Source of the DNA: Ramazzottius varieornatus
Lineage: Eukaryota; Animalia; Tardigrada
DNA length: 64,000 nucleotides
NCBI GenBank assembly: GCA_001949185.1
Contig: BDGG01000004.1
Location: 335,620 to 399,619 of the forward strand
Reading direction: 5' to 3'
The notes below the pieces were generated by a model. That model was not told the origin of the DNA, searched no databases, and saw only the letters and a list, made by a program, of their open reading frames with translations. Both the position numbers and the translations under genes were made by a program. Shown piece by piece: positions 12,250-24,570 of this stretch; position 1 is the first letter of the stretch, and each line of letters opens with the position of its first letter.

Positions 12250-12985
12250 CTACCGACCAGTGATCATCTTTTTGAACGCATCTTTGAAAGTCTTGACCGA
12301 AACCAAAAACAAAATCGGATCGAGGATGGTGCCCAGGGCGTAGAGCGTTCCAACAACAAGGAACATACCCGATGGATTTATTGCAATAAAGCTGACCTCA
12401 AGCAACGTGTAGTACAACATGGCAGGGAACAAACCAATCGCCACGTTGAGAGTCAACAAGCTCAACATCAGGAATTGGCGGCCACTCTGATGAGCAATGC
12501 GGCCGAAGCAGGAAACCTTCTTTGTTCCTGGCGAAGGGTCATTTGGATGGGACGACGGCGCCGCAGAGCCGTTGTGAGGAGAGCCATCGTGGGTGTGGTT
12601 CTTTGGTGGGTGAGCAGCACTACCAACTTGGCCTGACCGAATTCGTGATTTGATTAGGACAACACCAAAAATCACCGGATACATCAGCAAAGCCAGACAG
12701 AGAGGAATGAAGTAGATGGCGAGCACACCGGCGTCAGCAAGTAGGTGCGCGGATGTTGGCGGAGCAATGGACTCTTTCAGACGGGCGCGGTGGTGTCAGT
12801 GCGTCAATGACGACACCCGGGCCGATGAAAACAAAAATGTAGATCCAGATGCTCAGGCAGATCAACGCTGGTTGCATCAACGAGTCCGAACAGTGGTACT
12901 TCCTGTAGGAGATCGGTGCTAGGATGGCCCAAAGGCGGTTCACTGCGATGGTCAAATGGGTGTGGACGATCACAGGAGCGATACT
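12250..12985 (-). pseudogene. Partial GPCR pseudogene (TM3-TM7), frameshift near 12730
   Basis: 'IVHTHLTIAVNRLWAILAPISYRKYH' then, in another frame, 'QFLMLSLLTLNVAIGLFP...ILDPILFLVSVKTFK'. No TM1-2 recognised upstream. Confidence 0.85.
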
Positions 12986-13156
12986 GTGGGCGACTACGCG
13001 GTGAAATTGGCCGGAAGGACCGGCTCACCGCTCTCCTTGATTGGTTGATTCAAAAATTAATCTGGACTGATGAAAGCAAGCGCAGTCAGGTGGTAAGTGT
13101 GTCCTGTCTCGGTAGTTGAAACGCTGGTTTTCGTTGTCTCAATAACTTTACCCTTA

Positions 13157-13355
13157 CACGCACGAAGGGAAAGTTTGGAGCAGTGCAAAGTTTGGAACAG
13201 ACGGCAAACTGAGAATTCAACCACACAAAATCGCCAAAGACTCGGCAAAGAGGGCATTGGTGTGAATGGCACACGTACGTACGTACGTCCGTTCCGCTAT
13301 TTCGGAATTGCCTGATCCAAACTTTTCACTGCTCCAAACTTTCCCTTCGTGCGTG
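13157..13355. mobile_element. MITE with TIRs related to the pogo element at 2154
   Basis: TA|CACGCACGAAGGGAAAGTTTGGAGCAGTG ... CACTGCTCCAAACTTTCCCTTCGTGCGTG|TA. Same CACGCACG terminus and doubled AGTTTGG motif as the pogo TIR. Confidence 0.88.
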
Positions 13356-14269
13356 TACAGGTTGCCGCTCATTATTCGAACGACCAACGCAGGAGGGCAA
13401 TGGTGCGCTGTTGCCGGCAGAGGGTCGATACCAGACAGCGCGCAACTTTTTTGCGCAAACTGACAAGCCACCACGCGATCTTATTGACCAGCCGTTCTGG
13501 ATACCTCCCAAAATTCATGTACGTCACAGGCGCTGTTTTGCGACGATGCATGTACTGGGTTTGCGATAATCCGCTGGCGTAAAATTTCTTGACGTCGTTT
13601 CAGTCAGAAGGAAATCAGCCGATCGATGGAAGACTTCTTCCAAAACCTAGCTTAAGTTTTCGAGAACAGTTATCTCATGTTCTCCAATCTCTGATGGTTC
13701 CGCCTGGTGTGTTGGAACATCAGAAAGACGAAGAATCGTCCGACGAACTTGAAACGACGGCGAAAGTCAAACCATCTTTAAGATTCGAAATACGAAATGA
13801 CGCTATGCGCTGACATAGTTAGGTGTGCTTGCCTTCGCTTCGCACACTTTGCGCAGAAAATGATGGCTGTGATGTACGTGAATTTTAAGGGGTAATACAG
13901 TAACAGAGATCCGCTGGGTCAATCAGAGGTGCGTGGCCTAGATGTCTCGCCCACAGCCGGCGCCAGCGTCGGCTGTGATATTCGTGCGCGGTCCTGTGCA
14001 ATTTTCGACCGAAATCTGTGACGTCAGCAGTAAAAGTTTTGGGCGTAGCCGCATCTCCTAATCACCGTTGACTTTTAGGTCTTAAGGCTATCAAGTTGAT
14101 GAACAGGTTTGCTCCCGCAGCGCATACCTGATGGAGACCTGATTATCCAGTGGACACACAATTACACACCTGATACATACTATGTGTAATGAGCTTTCTC
14201 GTGCGAGGACATACACCAAAGAATCCGCGGTGCTCGATAAACCAGGCCAAAAATCTGTGCTGCGTCAGC

Positions 14270-14620
14270 TACGAGGTAGAAGGTAATTCGGCCGTACCCG
14301 TTGTTGGGACACAATTCTGACGGCATGAAAGTTTGAACGTTACCGTCAACGCTTAATTCATCTCTCTTCGTACGCCTGTTGATACCAAAATAGGCTTTTT
14401 AAACTTAGACAAACCCCTCTTCGTCCCAAGAGCAGTTTCTCGATCCTAAACATCTCCTCATGCTAAAGCCTATCCAGAGCTCTGGGAGATAAGCTCGTCT
14501 ACATGGTGAGCGAAAAACCAAGTGAGGTGGTGCAGTGAAATCAGAGGTACTGTATGACCCGTCATAATGCCAATGACGACCCAAAAACGGGTACGGCCGA
14601 ATTATGCCCTCTGCCTCGTA
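14270..14620. mobile_element. Mariner-like MITE family A, copy 2 (TA TSD included)
   Basis: TA|CGAGGTAGAAGGTAATTCGGCCGTACCCG ... CGGGTACGGCCGAATTATGCCCTCTGCCTCG|TA. Internal sequence colinear with 1335-1676. Confidence 0.88.
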
Positions 14621-14624
14621 CTGA

Positions 14625-15118
14625 ATATGCGTTTCGGCGGCCAATTTCCGGATTGTTTTTGCTACCAATGAACATTTTTTGACATGAAGTCAGAGAGAAT
14701 ATTCAGGGGCATCAGATGGTACTTTTGCCGTACCTCGCCGTGGATCAAAGTCTCAAAAAACTATTCGCCCTTTCGGAAAGCTATTCCAGGAAACTACAGG
14801 GGAGATTAACAGATGAACCACCCTAACCCGGGCTTTTGGTGTCAAAACGGTTGTGTGTAGTCTCATACTGTGTGACGTCATACTGATCTCAAAATTTTTT
14901 CGGACAGAAATTCGAATCCCTTTCGATGTTCCAGACGTGGCCGTTTGACCAGTGGTCGGTTGGCCAAATGGCTTCAGCTGCATGTCCATCAACGTTTGTT
15001 CCATGTTACCTCATCGGCAGTCAAGAAAATCCCTTGGGGTGCCAAAACTTCAAAACCGATTCCTGAACAATCGTGTTATTAGTTAGTGTTCCGGAAATTG
15101 GGCCGCAGAAACCCATAT
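14625..15118. mobile_element. MITE family B, copy 1
   Basis: TIRs ATATGCGTTTCGGCGGCCAATTTCCGG ... CCGGAAATTGGGCCGCAGAAACCCATAT. Inverted homolog of 19769-20270 over its whole length. Confidence 0.85.
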
Positions 15119-15654
15119 AAGAAATAAATGCATATACACTGGGCCTCATACTGCGCTTGTCTGGCAACCCATTACCATCATTCAGAAGTTCATAACTTCC
15201 TTCGCGCTTAGCCGATTTTGATAGTTCGTTTAGCTAAATCCTCAGATTGAGCAATCCGAGCCCCGTGATAGGTCGCTCCGCTATACCACTGTGCCAGTGG
15301 GCGAGATCGACAGCAGAACCACTCACTAGAAGTCTTATGGCTAAAGAAGCAGTAAATCAGCAATCAACTTGCCCGGTAATTTACCAACCACAAGACCTCC
15401 ATTTGGGATCCCTCGCGCCTATCTCACCCACTGGCACACTTCGGTCACCGCGAGGACCACTACCTTGAACCAATTCTACGTTTCACCAGCCAAACCTATA
15501 GGCTATTCCGGCATTCAAATGCAAACACGAATACCAGAAAATCACTATTTATTGATATTGTCGATATTAGGGTCAGACAGCCCTCTTGCAGTCCGACTTC
15601 CTTGATCATCAAACTTTTCAGCGTTGTCGATTGGAGCTTCATGTAAGATTGTCG

Positions 15655-16752
15655 TTATGAGCAAGGCTTAAAAGACCGCTTTGTGGCAACACGGAGAGTC
15701 TTTAGCGTCAGCAGGAAAAGGGTGGGATCAATGATCCAGGAAAGCGAGTAGGGGATGGAAATGATATTGAACATGCCCGGAGGGTTAATCCCGAACAACA
15801 ACAGCGTGAAGTAGATTTGCATCGGCAGTAAAGACACTATCACATTAACGGTTAGGAGTGACAAGGTCAAGAACTGCCCTCCGCCTCGACCTCGAAGACG
15901 TCCCCAGCACGTATTCTCCACCGGCTCGCCTCCAGCTTGTATCGTTGCGGTCGAAGTAACATGGCGAAGATGCGCCGCCGGAGCGTCGTCGTGTCGGGTT
16001 GTGATGCTTCCGGTATGTCTAGTTGGGTGATGAGTCGACAGGGTATTCACACGTCGAATCTTCGTGCCGCAGAGCGTTTTGTACAGAATGTACGGGTAGG
16101 CCATCACACTTGCGGCCAATGGGATGTTGTATGCCAAGAACGTGGCGGTCAACAGCTACCAGAGAGGTCCTCGCACGTTCTTCGAACACTGCGTGTACTC
16201 ATTCGGACCTTGGGGTTGTAGAGAGTCGATGACGACACTGGGCAGGTTGACGATGTTTACGAGGACCCACATAATTATACAGACCATCGCAGGTCGAGCT
16301 AGTGAGTTAGCTTTATGGTAATTTCGATACGAGACCGGAACAGCGACAGCCCATAAACGATTCAGAGCAATGAGAAAGTGGGAGTTGACGATGAGGCCGC
16401 CGAATGTATAGATCATGTAACGAAGGAACACGCAGGCAGCTTTCGGCTTGAGGATGTACAGGGTCCATTCGTTCAGCAGACTAACTGGGTAGTAGATCCA
16501 TAGGTAAACCATGTTGGATATGCACAGGTTGACCACGTAGACGTTGAAAGAAGTACGAACTGGACGGTGGCGGAGGAAAAGGTAGACGAGGAACGTGTTG
16601 ACCAATAAGGCAATCAGCTTGCTTGTGGCTCCGTAAGCCGTTCGTAGATTCCAGTAAGCGAAAGGATGAGGAATGGAGTGATCATGGAGAGCGCGGAAGG
16701 AAACGTTGGCGAAAGAGGTGGAAAAATTCTGGCCAGCGGCAGAACCGTGCAT
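15655..16752 (-). pseudogene. Full-length GPCR with a single in-frame TAG (16156-16158)
   Basis: ORFs 16156-16767 and 15655-16152 are in the same frame, joined as '...RGPLW*LLTATF...'. All 7 TMs present, with 'SHFLIALNRLW' and 'IIDPTLF'. Confidence 0.85.
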
Positions 16753-17702
16753 TCTCGCTACTGGCAATCAAAAGATGACCGCGCGACATAAGCATATGAA
16801 AACAGATGGAAGTCTCAAACGAAATATCCGCGTAGACAGAGTTCGGTCAAAGTACACGACGAAGGAATCGGAGCATGAGTCCCCAGACTTCCCTGGATGG
16901 GCTGACATCAACTGGGGTTCGCGAGCAGTGAGGTTCAGGAAATTGACGGGTTAGATGCTTTCACGATGATCATTTGATATTTCAATATCCTTTCTTTTCC
17001 AGCACTAAATGAAGACTGATGCTCTGAGCCGGAACTATCGGCATGTTAACTTCGTCATTAAATTCAACAAAAAAGTAAAAGGCTGACTGGCAGCTTGCCG
17101 GTTAGCCCTGTCTTGGAGGTTTCTGGCGGAACGGAGTAATCTGATGAGACAAAGGATTAGAATGGTCCAGACGTATCGATCACGCAGCCGTGCTGCTGCT
17201 GGTTTAGAAGCATTAACAAGCAAGTGGTAAATGACCATCAGTTTAAACACATGGAGCCACATTAAGCCGAACTGCGTGATGGACAAATGTAGACCGCGCT
17301 ATGGCGCTTCTCTCGAGATCAGTCGAGGGTTTTCATTGTCACATCGGTGGACAGTTAAATATTTCTGACTTCCAGTGCAGACAGGACAGACGATCGAATT
17401 GCTATAAATCAGGCTCAATCTGGTAATAAAACCACAGCCCTCTCAATAAGCGGTACTCAATGTTCCCGCTGCATAAATATACGGAACAAAAAACTCTTTC
17501 ACAACGTAGTGAGGGAGATTGATGCTTACAGCTACAATTAAACTCTGCGGCAGAGAAATGGGGTTTTTACTTCTTCGTGCTCCTCCCTGGCTTGAGAGAC
17601 AGACAGTTGCTTCAAGCGGCATACTGCGCCAAGCGGCATACGCTGATGACCGAACCGACCCAACAGCGAGATAGAGGAGAGTTTTGCGCATAGCTTGAGC
17701 TG

Positions 17703-18060
17703 TCAAACTAGTCTGAATATAGATCCTGGAAAATTTTGCGCGATCCGGGACTACCGGCTCCAAGTTGCTGCAGTGACGCCAAGCTCTTTGATTGAGCTCT
17801 TTGATTGATTGGCTGCGAATTGTTCACCCGATCAACTGTTTTGACATCCAGTCACAGAACGGTATAACACAGCACGTTGTGCGAGCAGGATGGCGCGCCA
17901 TCCGGCCACCAGATGACAAAACAGCTGATCGCGTGAACAATCCGCAGCCAATCAAACTTACCAACCAAAGAGTTTTACGTCACCGCGGGAACTTGGAGCC
18001 GGTAGTCCCGGTTCCCGCAGTCTGCGTAATCTTCCAAGACTTATATTCGGACTAGTTTGA
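17703..18060. mobile_element. Foldback MITE with ~150-bp inverted arms
   Basis: TCAAACTAGTCTGAATAT...CCGGGACTACCGGCTCCAAGTT...GATTGGCTGCGAATTGTTCAC is mirrored by GTGAACAATCCGCAGCCAATC...AACTTGGAGCCGGTAGTCCCGG...ATATTCGGACTAGTTTGA. Confidence 0.88.
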
Positions 18061-19400
18061 TATCAAACTGTGCCCAGGACTCCCCTCCGTCTCTCTGTTG
18101 GGTCGTTTTGATCATCAGGATATGCCGCTTGGCTTAATCCCCTTGTCAGTACTATGGCACTCGTATGGACTTTGACAATAGGCGGTACAGAGTTCCCAAA
18201 GTCGCAAGTTATCAATGATAGGCCTGGAGAACCACGGGTTATGTGTTTTTGACAGTTCATCGGTGTCTGTGGGATTTTCAATCTTGTTATGTCTGCTCGT
18301 TGAGACAAGATAGAAGAATTTCACGATTTCATCGGTTTTCAGCTAGAAAGCAAAAACGTTCATTTTCGGTCCAAGGTATGGACGCAACGTTTCAACCAAT
18401 TTTCAGAATGATACGTCAAATATCCCCGAGGGACCGGCTGACTGCCTAACGTGCTGACACACAGGATTGTGTCACAAGATTTGAACGTGTCACGTTTCGG
18501 TACCAGGAGCCACTTTCTTCCATCTACATGTTCGCACATCAACTTTCGACATCCGACTTTCAATATTTATCCATTCTGCGTTCTGGTGTGTTACAGTAGG
18601 CGAGGTCTAGCATACGTCTCAGGTCGTAATTTCGTGGATGAACCCACGTCATCGGTTACGAGATCGGACAGAGTACACGTTGAGCGTTTCCAGACTAAAA
18701 GGATTTTCGGGGTTTGAAGGTTGTCCAATATAAATGCCGAATTCTACTGCCAGAACAATACGGTCGAAGCTTATATGAAGTCCCCAATGGGTTTAATTAT
18801 AGCAAGAACCAAATAACACTTCTACGGCGCTGCAAAACTCATGGGCGAGGTTCAACCTCGAAATTCATACGCACCCATTGTGGAAAGGTGTACCAGCGAG
18901 GTCTCCAGAGGTCAAGAAGAACGATCTTTCCATAACTACGCTGGGGCTGATTATCAATCTTCATCACGGTGTACACCTGCGTCCCATATGGAATCAATGT
19001 TTTTCTAACGAGGAACCATTCAGACACATGTCACTCGCCCATCGGGATATCAATGCTTTTGCGTGATAGCCGAGAGCCTTAGCTCTCTACAAACTATCGG
19101 GAAGAAAGGCAAGTGACCACTTCCTGGAGCTGGAGAAAATCCCGAAGGTGAGTCATCCACCGTGGAACCAGTGTTATAGCTTGTATAGCGCTACACAAGA
19201 CCACCCGAAAGCTGCTCGGTTGATTGAGAGAACTCTAGATTTCACGTGTGGAAGGCGCATAGTGAAATTCCGAATCTCATACCAACGGGGAACGGCCGCA
19301 CTCGTCTTCAAAGTATTTTCCGTCAAAGTATTTTTACGTATACTGCACAACACCGCAATACATATAAACATATACCGAAAATTGTTTTGCCGAAAATTAA

Positions 19401-19557
19401 AGTAGTCTCAGACGGCGTGACATGTATCAAGTATGCATTACGTTAACAGAAACACTTTTTATGTAAGATAGACAACACTGTGATTCGTTACGTCATAGGC
19501 TTTATTTTAATTACGATTGTCTCATGCTTTTCTATGGATGCGCCGTCTGAGACTACT
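19401..19557. mobile_element. MITE with perfect 17-bp TIR
   Basis: AGTAGTCTCAGACGGCG ... CGCCGTCTGAGACTACT around an AT-rich core. Confidence 0.75.
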
Positions 19558-19768
19558 GGGTCACACATTTCCTCACTGGGTCACACATGCTTACTCCTCC
19601 TGTACTAAAACTTTAAGAAAATGTTGATTTATATCCTATCCTATCAAGATAATCCTTTTTCAGGCATCTCAAAGTGTACAAAAATACATTTTTAAATCCT
19701 AAATTTAACGCACTAATCTGCCAACAAAAATTTCACGGAAAACAAAACTATAATAATCAACTCATTAA

Positions 19769-20270
19769 CATATGGGTTTCGGCAGCCCAACTTTCGGTAC
19801 ATTGACTAATATCGCGATAGTGCAGGAAACCGTTTTGACCTTTTAGAGCTCCAGGGCTTCTTGTAACTGCTGATGTGATAATATGAAACAGACATCGAGG
19901 AACACGAATTTGAAGTCAGATCTGATTCCTGACCTGTGGCCAAACGGCCACGTCAGGAAGATACAAAGGGATTCGAAGTTTTGTCCGACAAAATTCTTAC
20001 ATCAGAATGCCGTCACACAGCGTAAGACTACACATACAGTCGTTTTGGCACCAAACCCCAAGCTGGGATGATTTGGGGGTTAATCGACCCTGAAGTTTCC
20101 TGCAATATCATCCCGAAAGGGCGAACAGTTTTTTGAGACTTGGAGCCAGGGCGAGGTACGGCAAAGCTACCACCTGATGCCCCCGAATATTCTCTCGAAT
20201 TTCATGTCAGAAAAGGGTCATTTGGTACTACAAATAATGTACCGAAAATTGGGCTGCCGAAACCCATATG
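19769..20270. mobile_element. MITE family B, copy 2
   Basis: CATATGGGTTTCGGCAGCCCAACTTTCGGTACATT ... AATGTACCGAAAATTGGGCTGCCGAAACCCATATG. Confidence 0.9.
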
Positions 20271-22143
20271 AAATCCATCACCAGTGACCAGGTAGACGGA
20301 AACAGAACAGGAAAAGTTACTTCCGAAGATAGTGAGTGTAACTTGGTATATTGGCCCCTGTCCCAGCCAACTTGCTACCGCTCATCATATTGAGTTGGTC
20401 TCGACTCGATTATTCTTCAACGTCCGAACTAGCTTCACTTGGTTCAACGTTCTATCTGCCGTCACAATAGTGAGACACTAGAAGTGGATCCGATACACTA
20501 CCGATTATTACTGGTGTCTAACATCCATCAGCGGTGTCTTGAAGATCTGGCAGGTCTACAACTTGTGTATTCTGCTCTCAGTGTCTTATTCGGACGTTTC
20601 AGTTGTACTGCGGGAATACGGCGAGAGACTGATTCGTGTATCCTCACAGGCGCCCTAACTATGCGTTACATAGCATTACCGGAATGTTTTGTGTCTGCTA
20701 AGAACCAATTCGAACCCCACTGCGGGTATCTTACCGTTGCACTTTATGATTCTGACCACGATATTGAGTAAGAATTATTAAATTGAAAAACTGAGCCAGA
20801 TGAGCGCTGTTTGAAATGTCTCCAGAAACGAAAGAATAGAGAATAAAAGAAAAGACGGTTCCGTACAAGCTCGACACCCAAAAAGAAGAATTTTGTTGTC
20901 ATTGTACAAATACTTCTTAATGGTTTCCATTTTGTAGTCTGACAGACTCGAGGAAGCGGAAATACTTTTCACGTTGATGGCGGCGCTTGTCTGGAACGAT
21001 TTTGTCTATGGCGATACGGAGTCTGAAACAAAAATATCACCAAACACGACCCACGCAAAATGGAAAACAGAGTGTTGGGGCACAGCTTACCTGTTGAGGA
21101 CAGCGGTGACACCTTCGTTCTTTTCCTCATTGAAGAAAGCAAATCGGCACTTAGAGCGCTAGAGTCTTGCGATTGTTCTTGCCGGAGACTGTCTATGAAA
21201 CTCGACAGTCCAGCACCAGTACTTAGGCCGTCTACGTACTTCCGTAGCTCACCCCCATTAAAGTCTGTAATGTGTAATGAATTAAGAGCGACGGGGTAAA
21301 GTGACGAAAGTTGGATTTTCGAAGGGTTCGTCTGATGCAAAATACACTTTTCCAACTTTCGAATCTTTGGATAGCACTAGTCCACTGACGTTAGACGGTA
21401 CGTACTTCGTTTCTGGCTCTTCCCGTATCGGTATAGCTGGGAGCGTGATAACTATCGATCTTCCTCCTGGGACATTGCAAATGGGAAATTCAGTCAAACA
21501 ACTGAAACAGTAAACGCACAAAACTCTTGCAGTCGATCTTCAAACACCGGAAACTGAAATGTCGGAAAAGATAAGCTTCAACCAGTACTGTCACCTAGTT
21601 CGGAAAACGGTTACGGAACGGACCATTCCGGACCACTAATGCCGTATATCGGATACGGAGCGATCCCGTGCGGCGCGACTACCCGTATGTACGTGTTTAC
21701 CAGCGTCGAACGTCAGGTGGTAGAATTCGACAAATCTGGGGCAATCACTGCGGCAGTATGCCCCTTCATCATAGCTCCAACTCCGCCCCTTGCCGCGCGA
21801 GATGGACGCGTCGTCGAAATCCGAGGAAACATGTTGTGACGGACTGGTTGCGCAATATTACGCTTCATATCATTGCAACACTGTCGCGAACTGCAAATGC
21901 ACTAGGAAAGCTTCTCGCCGTTTTCTTTGTAGCTTTCTTAGCCGAGTTACGACTTTCATCATGTCAACCCAAGGAGTTCGACGAAGTTCCAGAGCTTCAT
22001 CTCATACATCTCAACATTCCGATAACATTCCAGAGGACGAAGATGCCACAATCAACGCCCTTTCAACCGTCCATCGCAGCGCAGAACGTAAGCTCAATCT
22101 TTGTAGATACTTGCTACAAACTCTATCTTTACTATATTTGTCA

Positions 22144-23979
22144 ATGGACGGAGAGTTTGTATGTTTAGTTGGCTCTTCTCTTAGACTTAGACTAGACTAG
22201 TTCAGAACACTGTTGACCAGAAGATGCGAGCCATAAACTTTGGCCGAGTTAGAGGTGGGAACTGGGTAAAGATCTGAATGGACAAGAAAAGCCACCTGGA
22301 TGAGAACGGGCTCCGGGTTGGCGACCACATCGTCGCGTACTGTGGCCCCACGGAAAAGAGCAAGCCTGGCTACTACTCCACCATAGTCCGCGGTGTCTAC
22401 GATGATAAGAAGACTTGCGATGAGGCACTGAAAGCCCTTCGTGACTCTAAACGGAAATCAGCTGGCCCAGTGATAGAAACTGAGCGCACTAAACGTCTTT
22501 GCGGAGTAGCCCAGTCTCAAACGGACGAGGATCTGGCCGACGGTAATAAGTTATCGTGCTCTTTACTTCCAGAACGCTTTCCGAACTCGATCCTCCATAG
22601 GTAGCCTCTCAGCACATTGCGAAAACGACGGTAAGCATGTAGACTGTTAACGTTGGCGTACTAATTAGTTTCGGATTGCCAGTTTTACCAGGTGCTTCTC
22701 CGGAAAGAAACTTTCAGGAGTCTTTTCAACGTACGTGATTTCTCGCTCAAAACTTTTACGTCATACTACTCACAAACTGTCGAAAGTTGGAAAATCGACC
22801 GCTACTGAATACGGCGAAGCGCTAAATCCAACTTTCGTGTCTTTGAAATGTCCATGTTAATTTGTTTGATCGCGCATCTTGTGTTCCAACTATCGAACAT
22901 TTGAGAATTTAAACCGTTCGTTTGGTTCACCCTTAATCACTGAACGCTGAATTGTCGTAGCTTCAAAGTTGCGAAAGTTGGACCCCACGCTGCTCGGTCC
23001 AGCAAACTAACATGGAAATTTGAAAGACACGGAAGTTGGATTTATCACTTCAGCTCTTGACTGCAAAATTCGTTTCCCCAACTTTCGAATCTTCTGTTCT
23101 CCCGTAGTCAACTTGAGCCGGGACCACACTCCAGATTCTGCAGTCGGCTTATCATCAGTAACAGAGAATTCTGGCCGTAATGCCGCTCGAGGTAAACATT
23201 GCACAAGCTGGCCAGACGAATGCACCCTAATTATTTCTGCTCTAGGCTCAGCTGCGCATTCTCCACGTATAGATCGGAGCTCAAATACACCAGCGTCAAG
23301 TGAGTAAGCCTTTGTCAACCGCCTCCGCTATTTCGATACTGAAACATTGCCTGGAACGTATAGGTAATATTGCACCTTTGCCGGGAAACGTGTCTCAAGC
23401 TGGAACACCTACCAAAGAGCAAGACAGTGAATAGACTCGGAAGCTAGTCGTCTGATAGTCAATAAACACAGTGGATTTGTGTTGCAGTTCAGAAGAAGCT
23501 ACAAAGCATCGTCTCTTCGTTCTACTGGAAGAAGCAGACCCCTGGTTCTCAACAGATCCGATCTGGGTACGACGTGTGGATAAAGAAGACAGTTCTGGCA
23601 GATCTGGTCCAACATTACGGTCCCAAAGCAGTGTGTCCAAACAACGGATGGCCAAAGTACACGTGGAAGTTGGTGCTACATATGCTTGGAGGAGAAGAAA
23701 GCGTGTTTGCGACTAAACCCCTGAAGAAGAAGATCGGGGCGGACGTAATTTTGAAGGAGCCAGCTATACTCGCGGTTATCGGTAAGTTTACAGTGTCATA
23801 ACTGATGAAATACTGAAAGTCTGAAATATTTTCTGTTCGTGAGTCTAACCATAACCTTGATATCCGTCGTTTTAGGTCACGTCACCGAGATCTTCGCACT
23901 TACCGACCCCATTAACAAGGCCTTTTTCAAGCAGAAGATGAAAAACAATAGGGCATCGGTCGAGAGTCGCTTCGTTTAG
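22144..23979 (+). pseudogene. Multi-exon BEN-domain-like protein gene, probably transposon-borne, with premature stops
   Basis: Exons with canonical splice sites (including 30-40 nt microexons at 22601-22630 and 22692-22730). C-terminus 'GYDVWIKKTVLADL...KYTWKLVLHMLGGEE...ILAVIG|HVTEIFAL...FFKQKMKN' follows the BEN helical pattern. AATAAA at 24000. In-frame TGA at 22275. Confidence 0.5.
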
Positions 23980-24524
23980 CCATAACTTTCTGTTCCCACA
24001 ATAAATTCAGTTTCGACAGTCATAGCTCTTCGTTCCTTCCATGATGTTGGTTCATCATTAGATCAAACACTTAATCCAGCACTGTTACGCACATGAGAGA
24101 ACAAACGAAAACCGCTCATTGAGTCTGACTCCCAACTTGGCAGTATATCAGCTAAGGGTATCAAGTGTGTGGTTGACAGATTCGGTTTCACTAGCTGGAA
24201 TATTAAATCATGATCGTAGGTGTACTGCACTTCTCTTACAGCCATTCCTTTAATGACTATCAACCGCGTTTCTTAGTTTTGAGAAAGATTTGGCCCCTGG
24301 CCTTTGAGTTTACTGCTAAAGTACTGCCAGATCTCGGCTAATTATCGGTCAGACGTTGGCGAGTGCATTATTGAAATACTTCTGGTGTGCGAAAGCAATC
24401 TGTTCAACCACCCAGCAGGCATCATTCGGTAGGCTCCCTGCATCTTGCACGTGTACAGTATGAGGTTGCTGCAAATTTTAGCAGTAAACTACGGAACGCC
24501 GACCACACTCGCTGTCAGTAATCT

Positions 24525-24570
24525 ACCAGTGTTCGACCAGCGTCTGACCAGTGTCTAACCATTGTCTAGC
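24525..24570. repeat. 11-bp tandem repeat x4 (subterminal-repeat-like)
   Basis: taccagtgttc gaccagcgtct gaccagtgtct aaccattgtct. Confidence 0.6.

Noticed and set aside
18878-19066. '...LGLIINLHHG...SLAHRDINAFA' resembles a TGF-beta receptor kinase catalytic loop
   Set aside because: No other kinase motifs (VAVK, DFG, APE) recoverable nearby; may be chance.
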